From Chloroflexota bacterium (GTDB lineage: Bacteria; Chloroflexota; Limnocylindria; Limnocylindrales; CSP1-4): a stretch of 64,000 nt of DNA. The first letter of the stretch is position 1, and the number at the start of each line of letters is the position of its first letter. The notes beneath the pieces are model-generated. The model saw only the letters and a list, made by a program, of their open reading frames with translations. It was not told the origin of the DNA and searched no databases. The DNA lies in the NCBI GenBank assembly GCA_003141955.1, contig PLOC01000115.1, forward strand, positions 1,864 through 65,863, given 5' to 3'. This document shows, piece by piece, positions 53,692 to 62,739 of the stretch. Made by a program: the position numbers and the translations under genes.

Positions 53692-54806
53692 CGAGCCCCC
53701 GCACGAGCTCGCTGCGCGACCAGGCGCAGTCCGCCGTTCACCAGAGTGTGGCCGCCGAGCAGGATCGGGTGGTCGACGGGTGAGGTGGCGGCCGACGCCG
53801 TGAGAGCGCGAAGCCACGGATCGGCGATGGACTCGGGCAGCGACAGGTCGGAGGCGAAGCGATCCTCGGCCGCTGGCCAGGGACCCGAAGACGACGGCGC
53901 CGACGCGGGCGCCGACTCGTCGGCGCCGTGGCGATGGGCGAGCAGGACGCGCGTGTCGATGAGCGCCGCGTCGGCCAGGCGGGCGACGATTCCGGCCAGG
54001 GATTCGGGGCCGTCGCGGTCCAGCAGCTCCCCGAGGACTGAGCGAGGTGGCCGAGAGCCGGTGGTGGCGCCCGACTGGGCGAGGCCCGTCGCGGCGCGGA
54101 GCCCGCGCTCTTCGACGAGTGCCCGGACGCGGCAGGCCGCGCCGCTCTCCAGCCACCGCAGAGTGGCCGAGGAGACCCGGCCCGCGACCAGCAGCTCTGC
54201 GCGGCGATTCGTGAGGACTTCGGAGAGTGCCGCCAGCCGCTCGCCAATGAGTGGCGCCGTTCCGTGGCGATCGCCGAGCACGATCAGGTCGAGCGGAGTG
54301 TCGATGTCGACGCCCAGCCGCCAGCGCGAACGCAGGTCCGCGACGGCCACTCCGGCCCGTTCCTCCAGCCACCGGGGAAGGGCGTTGTCGACGGGGAGCG
54401 GCGGCAGCTCGGCCAGATCCGCCGCACGGGAGACCGCCACCACGTCGGCCGAATAGCGGTTGTTCGCCAGGGCGTGCCCGGCCGGTCCCGCGGCGACCTC
54501 CACGAAGCGTCGCAGGTCTGCCGCTTGCGCCAGGGGGATGCTCCCCGAACCGAGGACGATCGCGCCGCCGGCGACCGCGCCGCCGGGGCTGCCGGTCCGT
54601 GCCCGCATCGCCGCCCCGAGCCGCTCGCCAAACGATCGGCCGTCCGGGGGCCCGGCCACGATCTCCGCTTCGTCGCCACCGGCCGCAAGGAACGCGATGC
54701 GTTGCCGCTCCGCCAGAGACCGGCGTGCCTCCGCCAGCGCGCGCACCAGCGGCCCGGCCCCATCCGGAGCCGCGGCGTGGAAAATGAGCACTACAACGGG
54801 GCGCAC
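53688..54806 (-). CDS. Hypothetical protein (N-terminal half weakly reminiscent of a MobA/DUF2064-type nucleotidyltransferase fold)
   Basis: 372-aa ORF translationally coupled to the MidA-like gene. The function is not supported beyond weak pattern similarity. Confidence 0.5.
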   Translation of the reverse strand: MRPVVVLIFHAAAPDGAGPLVRALAEARRSLAERQRIAFLAAGGDEAEIVAGPPDGRSFGERLGAAMRARTGSPGGAVAGGAIVLGSGSIPLAQAADLRRFVEVAAGPAGHALANNRYSADVVAVSRAADLAELPPLPVDNALPRWLEERAGVAVADLRSRWRLGVDIDTPLDLIVLGDRHGTAPLIGERLAALSEVLTNRRAELLVAGRVSSATLRWLESGAACRVRALVEERGLRAATGLAQSGATTGSRPPRSVLGELLDRDGPESLAGIVARLADAALIDTRVLLAHRHGADESAPASAPSSSGPWPAAEDRFASDLSLPESIADPWLRALTASAATSPVDHPILLGGHTLVNGGLRLVAQRARAGAR

Positions 54807-54883
54807 CAGCGGAGTCTAGTCGCGGCGCTCCGAGGCGCGGCTGCTCGAGTCGTGACTACCGGCCGCCAGATCGGGAGAGATCG

Positions 54884-55555
54884 ATGCCAGCAGTTCGGGC
54901 GTACATCGGGCTCGGGGCCAACGTCGGCGATGCCCGCAGGACACTGACCGCCGCCGTCCACGCCCTCGCGGCGCTGCCCGGGGCCACTCTGGTCGGCGTG
55001 TCGCGCCTGTACGTCACGACGCCTGTCGAGGTGGCCGATCAGCCCGACTTTCACAACGCGGTCGTCGCGCTGGACGTGCCGGCCGGCCGGGGCGGCGCGG
55101 GGTCTGGCAGCGCGGGGTCTGGCAGCGCGGTGGGCGCGGCCGGGCCCGAGGCTTCTCGGTCCGCGCCCACCGGCCCGATCGCGCTGCTGCTCGCCCTGAA
55201 GTCGATCGAGCGCGCATTCGGTCGCCAGGAGCGGTTCCGCTACGGCCCGCGCGAGTTGGACCTGGATCTGCTGCTCTTTGGCGAGGAGCGGGTGCTGGTT
55301 GAGCGGCCGGAGGCGGGCCGCTCGCCCGATCCGGCCAAGGCCACTCGCCTGCTGGAAATCCCGCACCCGGACGCCGACCGCCGCCTCTTCGTCCTGGCGC
55401 CTCTGGCGGACCTCGCCCCGGACCTGGTTCCGCCCGGCTGGACCGAATCGGTCGAGCAGGCCCGCGCCCGCCGGGAATCGATCGAGGGCGCCTCGGCGGT
55501 GCGCCCCGTAGCGCGCTGGGACTCGGCCGCGGGTGCCTGGGTGGAGCCGGCCTAG
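54884..55555 (+). CDS. folK: 2-amino-4-hydroxy-6-hydroxymethyldihydropteridine pyrophosphokinase (HPPK)
   Basis: AYIGLGANVGD...VSRLYVTTPV...QPDFHNAVV...GPRELDLDLLLFG...EIPHPDADRRLFVLAPLADL. Confidence 0.85.
   Translation: MPAVRAYIGLGANVGDARRTLTAAVHALAALPGATLVGVSRLYVTTPVEVADQPDFHNAVVALDVPAGRGGAGSGSAGSGSAVGAAGPEASRSAPTGPIALLLALKSIERAFGRQERFRYGPRELDLDLLLFGEERVLVERPEAGRSPDPAKATRLLEIPHPDADRRLFVLAPLADLAPDLVPPGWTESVEQARARRESIEGASAVRPVARWDSAAGAWVEPA
55096..55130 (+). repeat. 15-nt tandem repeat (cgcggggtctggcag x2 plus a partial copy) encoding AGSGS repeats inside a folK loop insertion
   Basis: Perfect copies at 55096-55110 and 55111-55125. Confidence 0.9.
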
Positions 55556-55626
55556 AACACGGTCGGCGGATCTGGGGCCGACCCGGGCCGCGGATCAACG
55601 AGCGCCGAGGATTGGCCGCCGAACCC

Positions 55627-55657
55627 GGGTCGCGGACTGGGGCCGACCCATTCTTTG
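55627..55657 (+). terminator. Weak intrinsic-terminator-like hairpin downstream of folK
   Basis: GGGTCG-11 nt-CGACCC followed by ATTCTTTGCT. The stem is short, so confidence is low. Confidence 0.3.
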
Positions 55658-55828
55658 CTGATTCACACTGGAATGGCATGCGGCAAGGACTTGGCCACCC
55701 GGAGGGCCCACGACCCGAGATGGCGGCCGACGGGGACGCCGACTGAGCGTGGCCGGTGTCGCGTGCAACGACCGTGGCTGCCCCGCGGGGCGTCGAGGCT
55801 TGCCGGATGCCGGCGTGGTGTGAATCGG
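55658..55828. repeat. ~28-nt imperfect inverted repeats enclosing ~110 nt in a convergent intergenic spacer (structured RNA or MITE-like relic?)
   Basis: Left arm gattcacac-tggaat-ggcatgcggcaag. Reverse complement of the right arm gattcacac-cacgcc-ggcatccggcaag. 21 of 28 positions match. Confidence 0.4.
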
Positions 55829-55897
55829 GAAACTTCCCCCCGGCGCGGGTCGTTTCCCGCGGGCGCGGCATACGCCCAGGGTTCGCCGAGCGGCCCG

Positions 55898-56704
55898 CTA
55901 CCAGCTCTTGCCGATGGTCACCGCGCCGGTGACGGCGTCGACGTCGACCATCGCGCCGTGATCTGGCGCGGCGCTCGCGCCGGCACCCGGCGTCCCAAGG
56001 GCGACCGACCAGGTCGCACTATCGAACCCGAGCTGGAGGTCCGCAGAGAGGACGACCTCACCCGGAGCCGAAACCGTGGCCAGCGCCAATCTCCCGGCCT
56101 CGGCCGCGCTGATCGACGGCGGAACGAACTGGACCCCGAACCGCTGGTCGGCGAAGGCGTATGGCGTGCCTGTCGATGGGTTCACCCAGACCGATATCTG
56201 CCCGGCGCCGCCGCTCTTGTCGGCCCATGTCACCACGTAGGCCGAGGCGGCCCCGCTCTGGAGCGTGGTCGTGGCGAGGAGGATGCCCGTGTCTCTGTCG
56301 CGATCGCTCAGGAACGACGTCGCTTGAGCCTGCGCATCGGCGCTGGTGATGGCGACGTCGGGCGAGTCCGGGATCGCGTCGACCTGGACGTATTCGATCA
56401 CCATGTCCCCGATGGCGTCGACTATGGCGTCGACGCTGCTTCCATGGACCGCGAACAGCGGGCGTTTGGGATCCTCAGACGCGTAGCCCATGTAGGCGGC
56501 CAGATCGCCTGGTTGCGTGCCCGTGCTTCCGGCGGCGAACTTCGCTGCGGCCGCCGTGGCGTCCTGCGGCGAAACCGGGACCGGCGTCCAGTTCGGATCG
56601 GGCGTCGAAGCGCATGCGCAGCTGATGTTGCACGCGCCCGCGGTAAGCGGGAGGAGGCCCAGCAGCAACGCCACGGCCGCGAGCCTGGCGGCGAGTCGTC
56701 TCAT
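55898..56704 (-). CDS. Lipoprotein with PepSY-like repeats
   Basis: MRRLAARLAAVALLLGLLPLTAGAC is a signal peptide plus lipobox. Two similar modules end in ...VDAVTG.V. The domain call is tentative. Confidence 0.6.
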   Translation of the reverse strand: MRRLAARLAAVALLLGLLPLTAGACNISCACASTPDPNWTPVPVSPQDATAAAAKFAAGSTGTQPGDLAAYMGYASEDPKRPLFAVHGSSVDAIVDAIGDMVIEYVQVDAIPDSPDVAITSADAQAQATSFLSDRDRDTGILLATTTLQSGAASAYVVTWADKSGGAGQISVWVNPSTGTPYAFADQRFGVQFVPPSISAAEAGRLALATVSAPGEVVLSADLQLGFDSATWSVALGTPGAGASAAPDHGAMVDVDAVTGAVTIGKSW

Positions 56705-57069
56705 GTCCCACCTCCACGGCCGACTGAGCCTCCGGGGTCCGGGGCCCTCGGCTGCATGCACGAAGCGTAGCAGCCGGCAGCTGCCGGCGGGTGTCCCAGG
56801 TATGCGAAACGGGCGACAGGGCCCCTCGTCGGCTGTCTGGGCACCGACCTGTCGCCCGCTTCGTCCCTCGGCCCGGAAGACCGGGCTTTCCTTCCTCCGA
56901 CCGACCGACCGGCCCGTCAGGTTCCGATCGGTTGTCACCCTCTGATTCGGATGAGCAGGCTTGCCGGATCACTCGATCTTCGAAATCGCCGTCGGCGCGG
57001 GCGCCGGGGCTTCGGCCACCCGCTAGCGCCGCCGCCCCCGCGCGTCGCCACCCCCTCGCGCCCCGCAGG

Positions 57070-58644
57070 CTAGTGGCGGAAGTGGCGCCGCCCCGTGAAG
57101 ACCATCGCCATGTGGTGGCGGTCGGCGACCTCGATGGCCATGTCGTCGCGGATCGAGCCGCCCGGCTGGATGATCGCGGTGACCCCGGCCTGGGCCGCGA
57201 ATTGGATCCCGTCCGGGAACGGGAAGTAGGCGTCGCTGGCCATGACCGCCAGCCTGGCCCGATCGCCGGCTCGCCGCAGGGCTATTTCGACGGCCGTCTG
57301 GCGGCTCGCCTGGGCTGCCCCGATGCCCACCGTCGATGCACCGCGCGCCAGCACGATCGCGTTCGATCGGACGTGGCGGACGGTCCGCCAGGCGAAGAGC
57401 AGGTCGGTCAGCTCTTCGAGCGTGGGCCTTCGCTTCGTCACCACGTGGAGCTGCGTCTTGTCGAGCCCGAGCTCGTCTTTCGCCTCGACCAGCAGCCCGC
57501 CGGCGATGCGCTTGAAGTCCAGGTTGGCGATGCCATAGTCGCGCGGGCCCTCGATCGGGCTCTCCGGCACGGCGAGGAGCCGGAGCTGCGGCTTGTGGGC
57601 GAGGATGCCGACGGCGGCCTGGCTGAACGACGGAGCCACGACCGCCTCGAACGAGTTGGCCCCGATCTCGCGCGCCGTGGCGCCGTCGAGGTCGCGGTTG
57701 ACGCCGACGATCCCGCCGAAGCACGAAACCGAATCGGTCTCGAGAGCCTTGCGGTACGCCTCGACCAGCTCGTCGGCGGAGGCCAGGCCCACCGGATCGG
57801 TGTGCTTGACGATGACCGCCGTCGGCGAGGTGAAGTCCATCGCGAACGCGTAGGCCGCATCCAGGTCGAGCAGGTCGTTGAAGGATGGCCTCGAACCCTG
57901 GATCTGAGTCGCGTCGGCGAGTGTGCCGGCGCGATGCGTCGTCTCGCGGTAGAAGGCGGCCGCCTGGGTTGGGTTCTCGCCGTAGCGGAGGTCGTCGACC
58001 TTCTCGAGGACCATCGCCAGCCGGTTCGGGAAGGTTTGGCCGCAGACGTTGGAGAGGTATGCCGCGACCTCGGCGTGGTACGCGGCTACCAGTCCGTATG
58101 CCTCGGCGGCAAGAGTCTGGCGGAGTTCGGCGGAGACGGCCCCGCGCTGGCGGAACTCGGCGATGACGGTCGGGTAGCGAGTCGGGTTCGCGACCGCCGC
58201 CACGGCGGCGTAGTTGCGCGCCGCCGCCGCCAGGAGCGCGGCCCCGCCCACGTCGATCATCTCTATAGCTTCGTCGATCGGCACCAGGCGGGCGCCGACC
58301 TGCGGGGCGAAATGGCTGACGTTGACGGCCACCAGATCGATCAGGCCGATCCCCTGGGATTCCAGCTCGGCGAGCTGCCCGGGCTGGTCGCGGCGGGCCA
58401 GGATCCCGGCGTAGATCGCGGGGTGGAGAGTCTTGACCTGACCGCCGGCGATCGGCTCCGTGCCGGTCAGCTCGGAAACCGATCGGACCTCGACGCCCTC
58501 ATTGGCGAGGAACTCGCGCGTCCCCTCGGTGGCGAAGACCTCGACGCTCAGCGACACGAGATCTCGAGCGAACGGGCCTATGCCCTCGCGGTTGGCCACC
58601 GAGAGCAGGGCTCGCACCAGGCGTACCTCCCAACTGCCGGCCAT
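57070..58644 (-). CDS. purH: Bifunctional AICAR transformylase / IMP cyclohydrolase
   Basis: RALLSVANREGI...TEGTREFL...GGQVKTLHPAIYAGILARRD...VADRHHMAMVFTGRRHFRH. ATG at 58644. Confidence 0.93.
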   Translation of the reverse strand: MAGSWEVRLVRALLSVANREGIGPFARDLVSLSVEVFATEGTREFLANEGVEVRSVSELTGTEPIAGGQVKTLHPAIYAGILARRDQPGQLAELESQGIGLIDLVAVNVSHFAPQVGARLVPIDEAIEMIDVGGAALLAAAARNYAAVAAVANPTRYPTVIAEFRQRGAVSAELRQTLAAEAYGLVAAYHAEVAAYLSNVCGQTFPNRLAMVLEKVDDLRYGENPTQAAAFYRETTHRAGTLADATQIQGSRPSFNDLLDLDAAYAFAMDFTSPTAVIVKHTDPVGLASADELVEAYRKALETDSVSCFGGIVGVNRDLDGATAREIGANSFEAVVAPSFSQAAVGILAHKPQLRLLAVPESPIEGPRDYGIANLDFKRIAGGLLVEAKDELGLDKTQLHVVTKRRPTLEELTDLLFAWRTVRHVRSNAIVLARGASTVGIGAAQASRQTAVEIALRRAGDRARLAVMASDAYFPFPDGIQFAAQAGVTAIIQPGGSIRDDMAIEVADRHHMAMVFTGRRHFRH

Positions 58645-59040
58645 TCGGGGCTCCCGGGCCAGGCGGCGCCGCGCTTCGGAGGCGCTCGGCAAGTGGCGAA
58701 CCGCGCGCCAGGCAGCGTGGTGGCCCTGGGTTGCCGGATTGGGCCGAGTATAGCGCCGACCCCGTCGTCGCCGGCCTCGCCTTTCAGGCATCGCGTCCCG
58801 CGGCCTCCCTCCGGAGAACGCCGGCGGCGCCGGGCCAAGCCCGGTCGGTGGATCCGGGCTAAGTCAGTCGGGCCGTGTCATGGCATACTCAGCGGACGCA
58901 GAGATCGCAGGCGCCCGGTCGCCGGCGTCGGCAGCCGGGCCCTCCCTCGATGCCGCCGTTCGAGGCCGGGCCTGGCAGATCGGCGTACATCCAGGTCGCA
59001 CGACCACATCGATTGATCACGCCCGGAGGTCCGCGCGAAC

Positions 59041-59472
59041 ATGGAGCCGTGGCAATATCTCTTCATCGGCTATGACCAGGACAACTTCGCGCCCATATTC
59101 ACGGTCACGTGGATGTTCGCGCTGGCCATGCTCGTGCTCACGATCGCCTTCTACAACTTCCAGGGTCGGCGGCTCCGCAACTACGCCGTCTTCCTGGACC
59201 TGAACGAGTGGCTGCTGTGGACCTCGATCGGGACGTTCAGCCTGCTGCTCATGTACACGGTCTTCGCCTTCGACTTCCTGTTCGTCCTGCCCACGATGGT
59301 CGGCGGCGCGATCCTGTTCGTCTGGATCCGCTTCATCCACTTCCCACCGCTCATCCAGGCCTACGAGGAGCGGCTGGCCCGGCAGCGCTACTTCCAGCGC
59401 TCCAAGACCGCGCACCCGGAAGCCACTATCCGCAAGCGCCCGGTCTCCAGCACCAAGCGCCGCCGCCGCTAG
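59041..59472 (+). CDS. Hypothetical small membrane protein (three TM helices, basic C-terminal tail)
   Basis: Hydrophobic segments FTVTWMFALAMLVLTIAFY, LLWTSIGTFSLLLMYTVFAF and PTMVGGAILFVWIRF. No family recognised. Confidence 0.5.
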   Translation: MEPWQYLFIGYDQDNFAPIFTVTWMFALAMLVLTIAFYNFQGRRLRNYAVFLDLNEWLLWTSIGTFSLLLMYTVFAFDFLFVLPTMVGGAILFVWIRFIHFPPLIQAYEERLARQRYFQRSKTAHPEATIRKRPVSSTKRRRR

Positions 59473-59534
59473 CTTCTCCGGCAGAGCGCGTGCGTCCCAC
59501 CGCGGCTCTCGAGATCTGGCGGGTCTGATCGGCC

Positions 59535-60032
59535 ATGGAGATCCGCCGGTTCGGCATCGGGCACCGGCGCCATGAAGGGCCCTCTGGCACGCGCGGGGTT
59601 GACGGGCAGTCCATCCACGGCGACGACCGGGGCGCGATCGCCGAGCTTGCCTTTCGGCCGAACGCGGCGATGGCGCCGCACTCGAACCCGAACTTGAGCT
59701 ACTTCGTTGTCATCGAGGGCGGCGGCTTCGTCCAGGTCGGCGACGAGCGCGCCCGTGTCGCCGCCGGGGAGGCAGTCGTCTGGCCCCCCAACGTCGACCA
59801 CGCCGCGTGGACGGAACAGACCCCGATGCGAGCGCTGGTCGTGGAGTTCGCGGTCGATGGCCCCGGCCTGCTCATGCTCGAGGGCGGGGCGGTCGAGCTT
59901 GCGGTTGAGCCGGCCGAGGGTTCGAACGCCCGACGGTCGCGTCCCGAAGGAAAGCCGCCCGATGGCGGACTCGTTGCCGAGCCGGGCGGCCGGCCCGATG
60001 ACCACGAATCGCCCGAGCGGGAGCCCTGGTAG
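59535..60032 (+). CDS. Cupin-domain protein
   Basis: APHSNPNLSYFVVIEGGGFVQVGDERARVAAGEAVVWPPNVDHAAW matches the two-motif cupin pattern. Confidence 0.6.
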   Translation: MEIRRFGIGHRRHEGPSGTRGVDGQSIHGDDRGAIAELAFRPNAAMAPHSNPNLSYFVVIEGGGFVQVGDERARVAAGEAVVWPPNVDHAAWTEQTPMRALVVEFAVDGPGLLMLEGGAVELAVEPAEGSNARRSRPEGKPPDGGLVAEPGGRPDDHESPEREPW

Positions 60033-60161
60033 CGCTGCCCGGAACAGCGCCGCAATCGAGGGCTGGCGGCCACGGCCCGCCCGTGGTACACGGATGGCAA
60101 GCTTCGCCGCGATCGCGTCTGCTCGCAGGTGAGCGTCGCCCGCGGCGGCCGGGGAGGAGCG

Positions 60162-61463
60162 ATGGAGCGAACGCAACGGCTCGCGGCCCGAGTCGCGGCG
60201 ATGACCGTCGTGGTGCTGGTCGCGGCCGGCTGCGGCGCCACTCCCAGGCCGACCGACGTGGCCGCGGCCGAATCCGCGACCCCGACCGTCCTCGAGACGC
60301 CGACCGCGGTTCCCGCCCCGACCCCCGCCGCCACGCCGACTCCCGTCTCAACCGGCCTCACCATCGGCTGGGCGCCCGTCCTCGCCTCGGCCAGCGCCGG
60401 CAAGGTTGCCGCAGATCTGGGGGGCGGCATCTCCGCCGCGGTGGCCTTCGGGGACGGGTTCGTCCTGGCCGGCAGCGAGAACCAGGGCCAGCACGCCGTC
60501 GTCTGGTATTCGCCGGACGGCACGCACTGGCAGGCCATCGACAACGCGCCCGGCTTCGCCGACGGTGTCATCGACAGTCTCGTTCGGTTACCCGACGGGC
60601 TGCTCGCCGTGGGTACGTCTCAGGGGCTCGACTCGCAGTGCGCCGGCGGCGCCCTCGGGTGCAACCCCGTCTCGCCGATCCGGCTCTGGACCTCGCCCGA
60701 CGGCCTGACCTGGCACCTGCTCCCGGGCACGGCAACGGCGCCATTCGGTCGGGCGCAGCTGGAGCTGGCCGTGGACGGACCTTCCGGCCTGGTCGCGTTC
60801 GGTGAGCTGGTCCCAGCCCAGGGCACAAACATCACGTCCATGATCTGGACCTCTGACGATGGCCGCTCCTGGACCAGGGCGCCGCAGTTCTCGACCGCCT
60901 TCCCGACCGATTCGATGTCCGACCTGGAGGGCGGACCGGGCGGCTACGTGGCCGTCGGCTCGGGCTGGGCGGACGGCAACCCGACGCTGCCCCAGCTGGC
61001 CTGGTACTCGAGCGACGGCAAGAGCTGGAAGCTCGGTTCGGGTCCGGGGGATCAGGGGCCGACGATCGTGCTGGCCTGCGCGGGCGGCTTCCTCGGCGTC
61101 GCCAACCCGCTGGCCCAGGCTTCGTTCTGGACCACGGCGGACGGCGTGAACTGGACCGTCCAGCCTGCCGTCGTCGGCCGGCCGAACTGGCCGTCGTACG
61201 TGGGGACGGGCCTTTTCTCCGACGGCAAAGGGATCCTGGCGCTGGGCTCTGACTCGTTCCAGACACCGGGCGCGTGGATCACCACGGACGGCCGCGACTG
61301 GCAGTCGGTCGCGATGATCGGAGTGCAGCCGCCGTTCGACTCCGCCGTCGCCGGCAGCGTCGTGGGAGCGCTCGGTTCGAAGGGCGTCATCGTCACGACC
61401 GAGACCCAGCCTGCGACGGGAGGCTCGATCTGGACGCTGTGGCTCGGGACGATCGCGGAGTAG
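60162..61463 (+). CDS. Lipoprotein with six BNR/Asp-box (SxDxGxxW) repeats; predicted beta-propeller
   Basis: Lipobox LVAAGC. Repeats YSPDGTHW, TSPDGLTW, TSDDGRSW, SSDGKSW, TTADGVNW, TTDGRDW. Confidence 0.7.
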   Translation: MERTQRLAARVAAMTVVVLVAAGCGATPRPTDVAAAESATPTVLETPTAVPAPTPAATPTPVSTGLTIGWAPVLASASAGKVAADLGGGISAAVAFGDGFVLAGSENQGQHAVVWYSPDGTHWQAIDNAPGFADGVIDSLVRLPDGLLAVGTSQGLDSQCAGGALGCNPVSPIRLWTSPDGLTWHLLPGTATAPFGRAQLELAVDGPSGLVAFGELVPAQGTNITSMIWTSDDGRSWTRAPQFSTAFPTDSMSDLEGGPGGYVAVGSGWADGNPTLPQLAWYSSDGKSWKLGSGPGDQGPTIVLACAGGFLGVANPLAQASFWTTADGVNWTVQPAVVGRPNWPSYVGTGLFSDGKGILALGSDSFQTPGAWITTDGRDWQSVAMIGVQPPFDSAVAGSVVGALGSKGVIVTTETQPATGGSIWTLWLGTIAE

Positions 61464-61491
61464 CGGCCCCCGGCTGACCGGCGGCAGCGGC

Positions 61492-62670
61492 TCAGCCCAG
61501 GAAGCGGCTCAGCAGTAGTCGATCCTCGCCGCGGGCCTGGATGCGGCGATCGACCGCGAGGTCGGTGAAGCCGTTGGAGCGGAAGAACGCGCGGGCGGCG
61601 ACCGACGAAGGGTGCATGTCCGAGTCGGCGAGCGTCCACGCCAGCAGGCGAGGACTGCCGGCGCCTGCGGCAGCCTCCGCGACGGCGTTCGTCAGCCGCC
61701 GGCCGATCCCCCGGCTGCGCAGCTGAGGCGCCACGGCGAGCAGCGTGAGCTCTGCCGGCGGGTGGTCGTCTTCATCGAAGGTGAGCCTGTCGAAGCCACG
61801 CGGCGTGTCGGCCGGGCGCGGTCGGTCCCAGGGCGCCCAGCTGGCCAGTCCCACGATCTCGCCTGAGCTCTCGGCGACGAACAGGTCGAACGCGGGCGGC
61901 AGCGCCGCGTTGAGCTCGGGGGCGATTGCGGCCAGAAACGCGTCGATGGCGGCCCGGTCGTCGACTCGGGCGGCTCGAACGGCCGGCTCGTTGGCCTCGG
62001 TCGCGGGCGGCGGCTCGGTCGCCGGTTCGGTCGCCGGCTCCGTCGCCAGGAGCGCTCCAAGCTGGCCGAGCATTCTGGCGGTGGCGCCCCAGACGCGCTC
62101 GCCTTCGACCGGGTAGACGCCGTAGCGGATCAGGCGCTCGCGGATGACGCGCTCTTCGAGCTCGACCGGGGCATCAGGCAGGAAAGCCTCGACCGGTGGT
62201 TCGATGATGCGGGCGACCTCCCCGGGGGCCGGGTGGCAGTCCGGCCGCCGCTCGGCCAGGGCGACCACCGGTGTCACGCGAAATCCGGAGACGGGTATCG
62301 CGAAGCGATCGAGCGCGCCCACCACCCGCAGTCCGCATGCCTTCGGGTCGAGTCCGACCTCTTCGGCCGCCTCCCGAAGCGCGGTTGCCACCGGGTCCGC
62401 GTCGTCCGGCTCGGCCGAACCGCCGGGGAAGCTGACCTCGCCGGCATGCGAGCTCAGCTCGGGGACGCGGGCCGTCAGCAGGACGCGACCGTCGCCGCGC
62501 TCGTCGGGGAAGAGCAGAACCAGGACGGCCGCCTGCCTGACCGGCGCCAGCGGCCGCGGCGGGAACAGGGCCTCGGACGAGTCGATGCGGATCGGCGTCA
62601 GGATCGCCGGTGCCGCCGGCAGCTCTCGCGGCAGCGCCCGCAGCCTCTCGCGAACGTCCTCGAACTTCAC
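61492..62670 (-). CDS. Fusion protein: Nudix hydrolase (CoA pyrophosphatase-like) plus GNAT N-acetyltransferase
   Basis: Nudix box GGSAEPDDADPVATALREAAEEVGL, with an upstream LLTAR...HAGEVSFPGG typical of the NudL/NUDT7 type. C-terminal GNAT (LLAVAPQLRSRGIGRRL). Confidence 0.8.
   Translation of the reverse strand: MKFEDVRERLRALPRELPAAPAILTPIRIDSSEALFPPRPLAPVRQAAVLVLLFPDERGDGRVLLTARVPELSSHAGEVSFPGGSAEPDDADPVATALREAAEEVGLDPKACGLRVVGALDRFAIPVSGFRVTPVVALAERRPDCHPAPGEVARIIEPPVEAFLPDAPVELEERVIRERLIRYGVYPVEGERVWGATARMLGQLGALLATEPATEPATEPPPATEANEPAVRAARVDDRAAIDAFLAAIAPELNAALPPAFDLFVAESSGEIVGLASWAPWDRPRPADTPRGFDRLTFDEDDHPPAELTLLAVAPQLRSRGIGRRLTNAVAEAAAGAGSPRLLAWTLADSDMHPSSVAARAFFRSNGFTDLAVDRRIQARGEDRLLLSRFLG
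62012..62047 (-). repeat. 12-nt tandem repeat x3 encoding (ATEP)3 in the Nudix-GNAT linker
   Basis: ggctcggtcgcc, ggttcggtcgcc and ggctccgtcgcc at 62012, 62024 and 62036. Confidence 0.85.
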
Positions 62671-62739
62671 GCCTGCTGGCCTCCGACCAGTAGTTGCCTG
62701 CGCACGCTGACGCGATCGACGCGTGAGCCCTTCGCCGGG

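Noticed and set aside
58645-58740. Possible ZTP (pfl) riboswitch in the purH leader. The minus-strand RNA contains CUGGCG and, just before the GGGAG RBS, CCGCCUGGCCC, resembling the conserved CUGGCG and CCGCCUGGGC elements.
   Set aside because: The remaining conserved parts (the GGGUCGUGA P1 strand, the P2 hairpin, ACCGGGG) are not recognisable, and the spacing between the two elements (~45 nt) is short. Two GC-rich hexamer/octamer matches are weak evidence. cmsearch with RF01750 would decide; a bit score above the gathering threshold would overturn this rejection.
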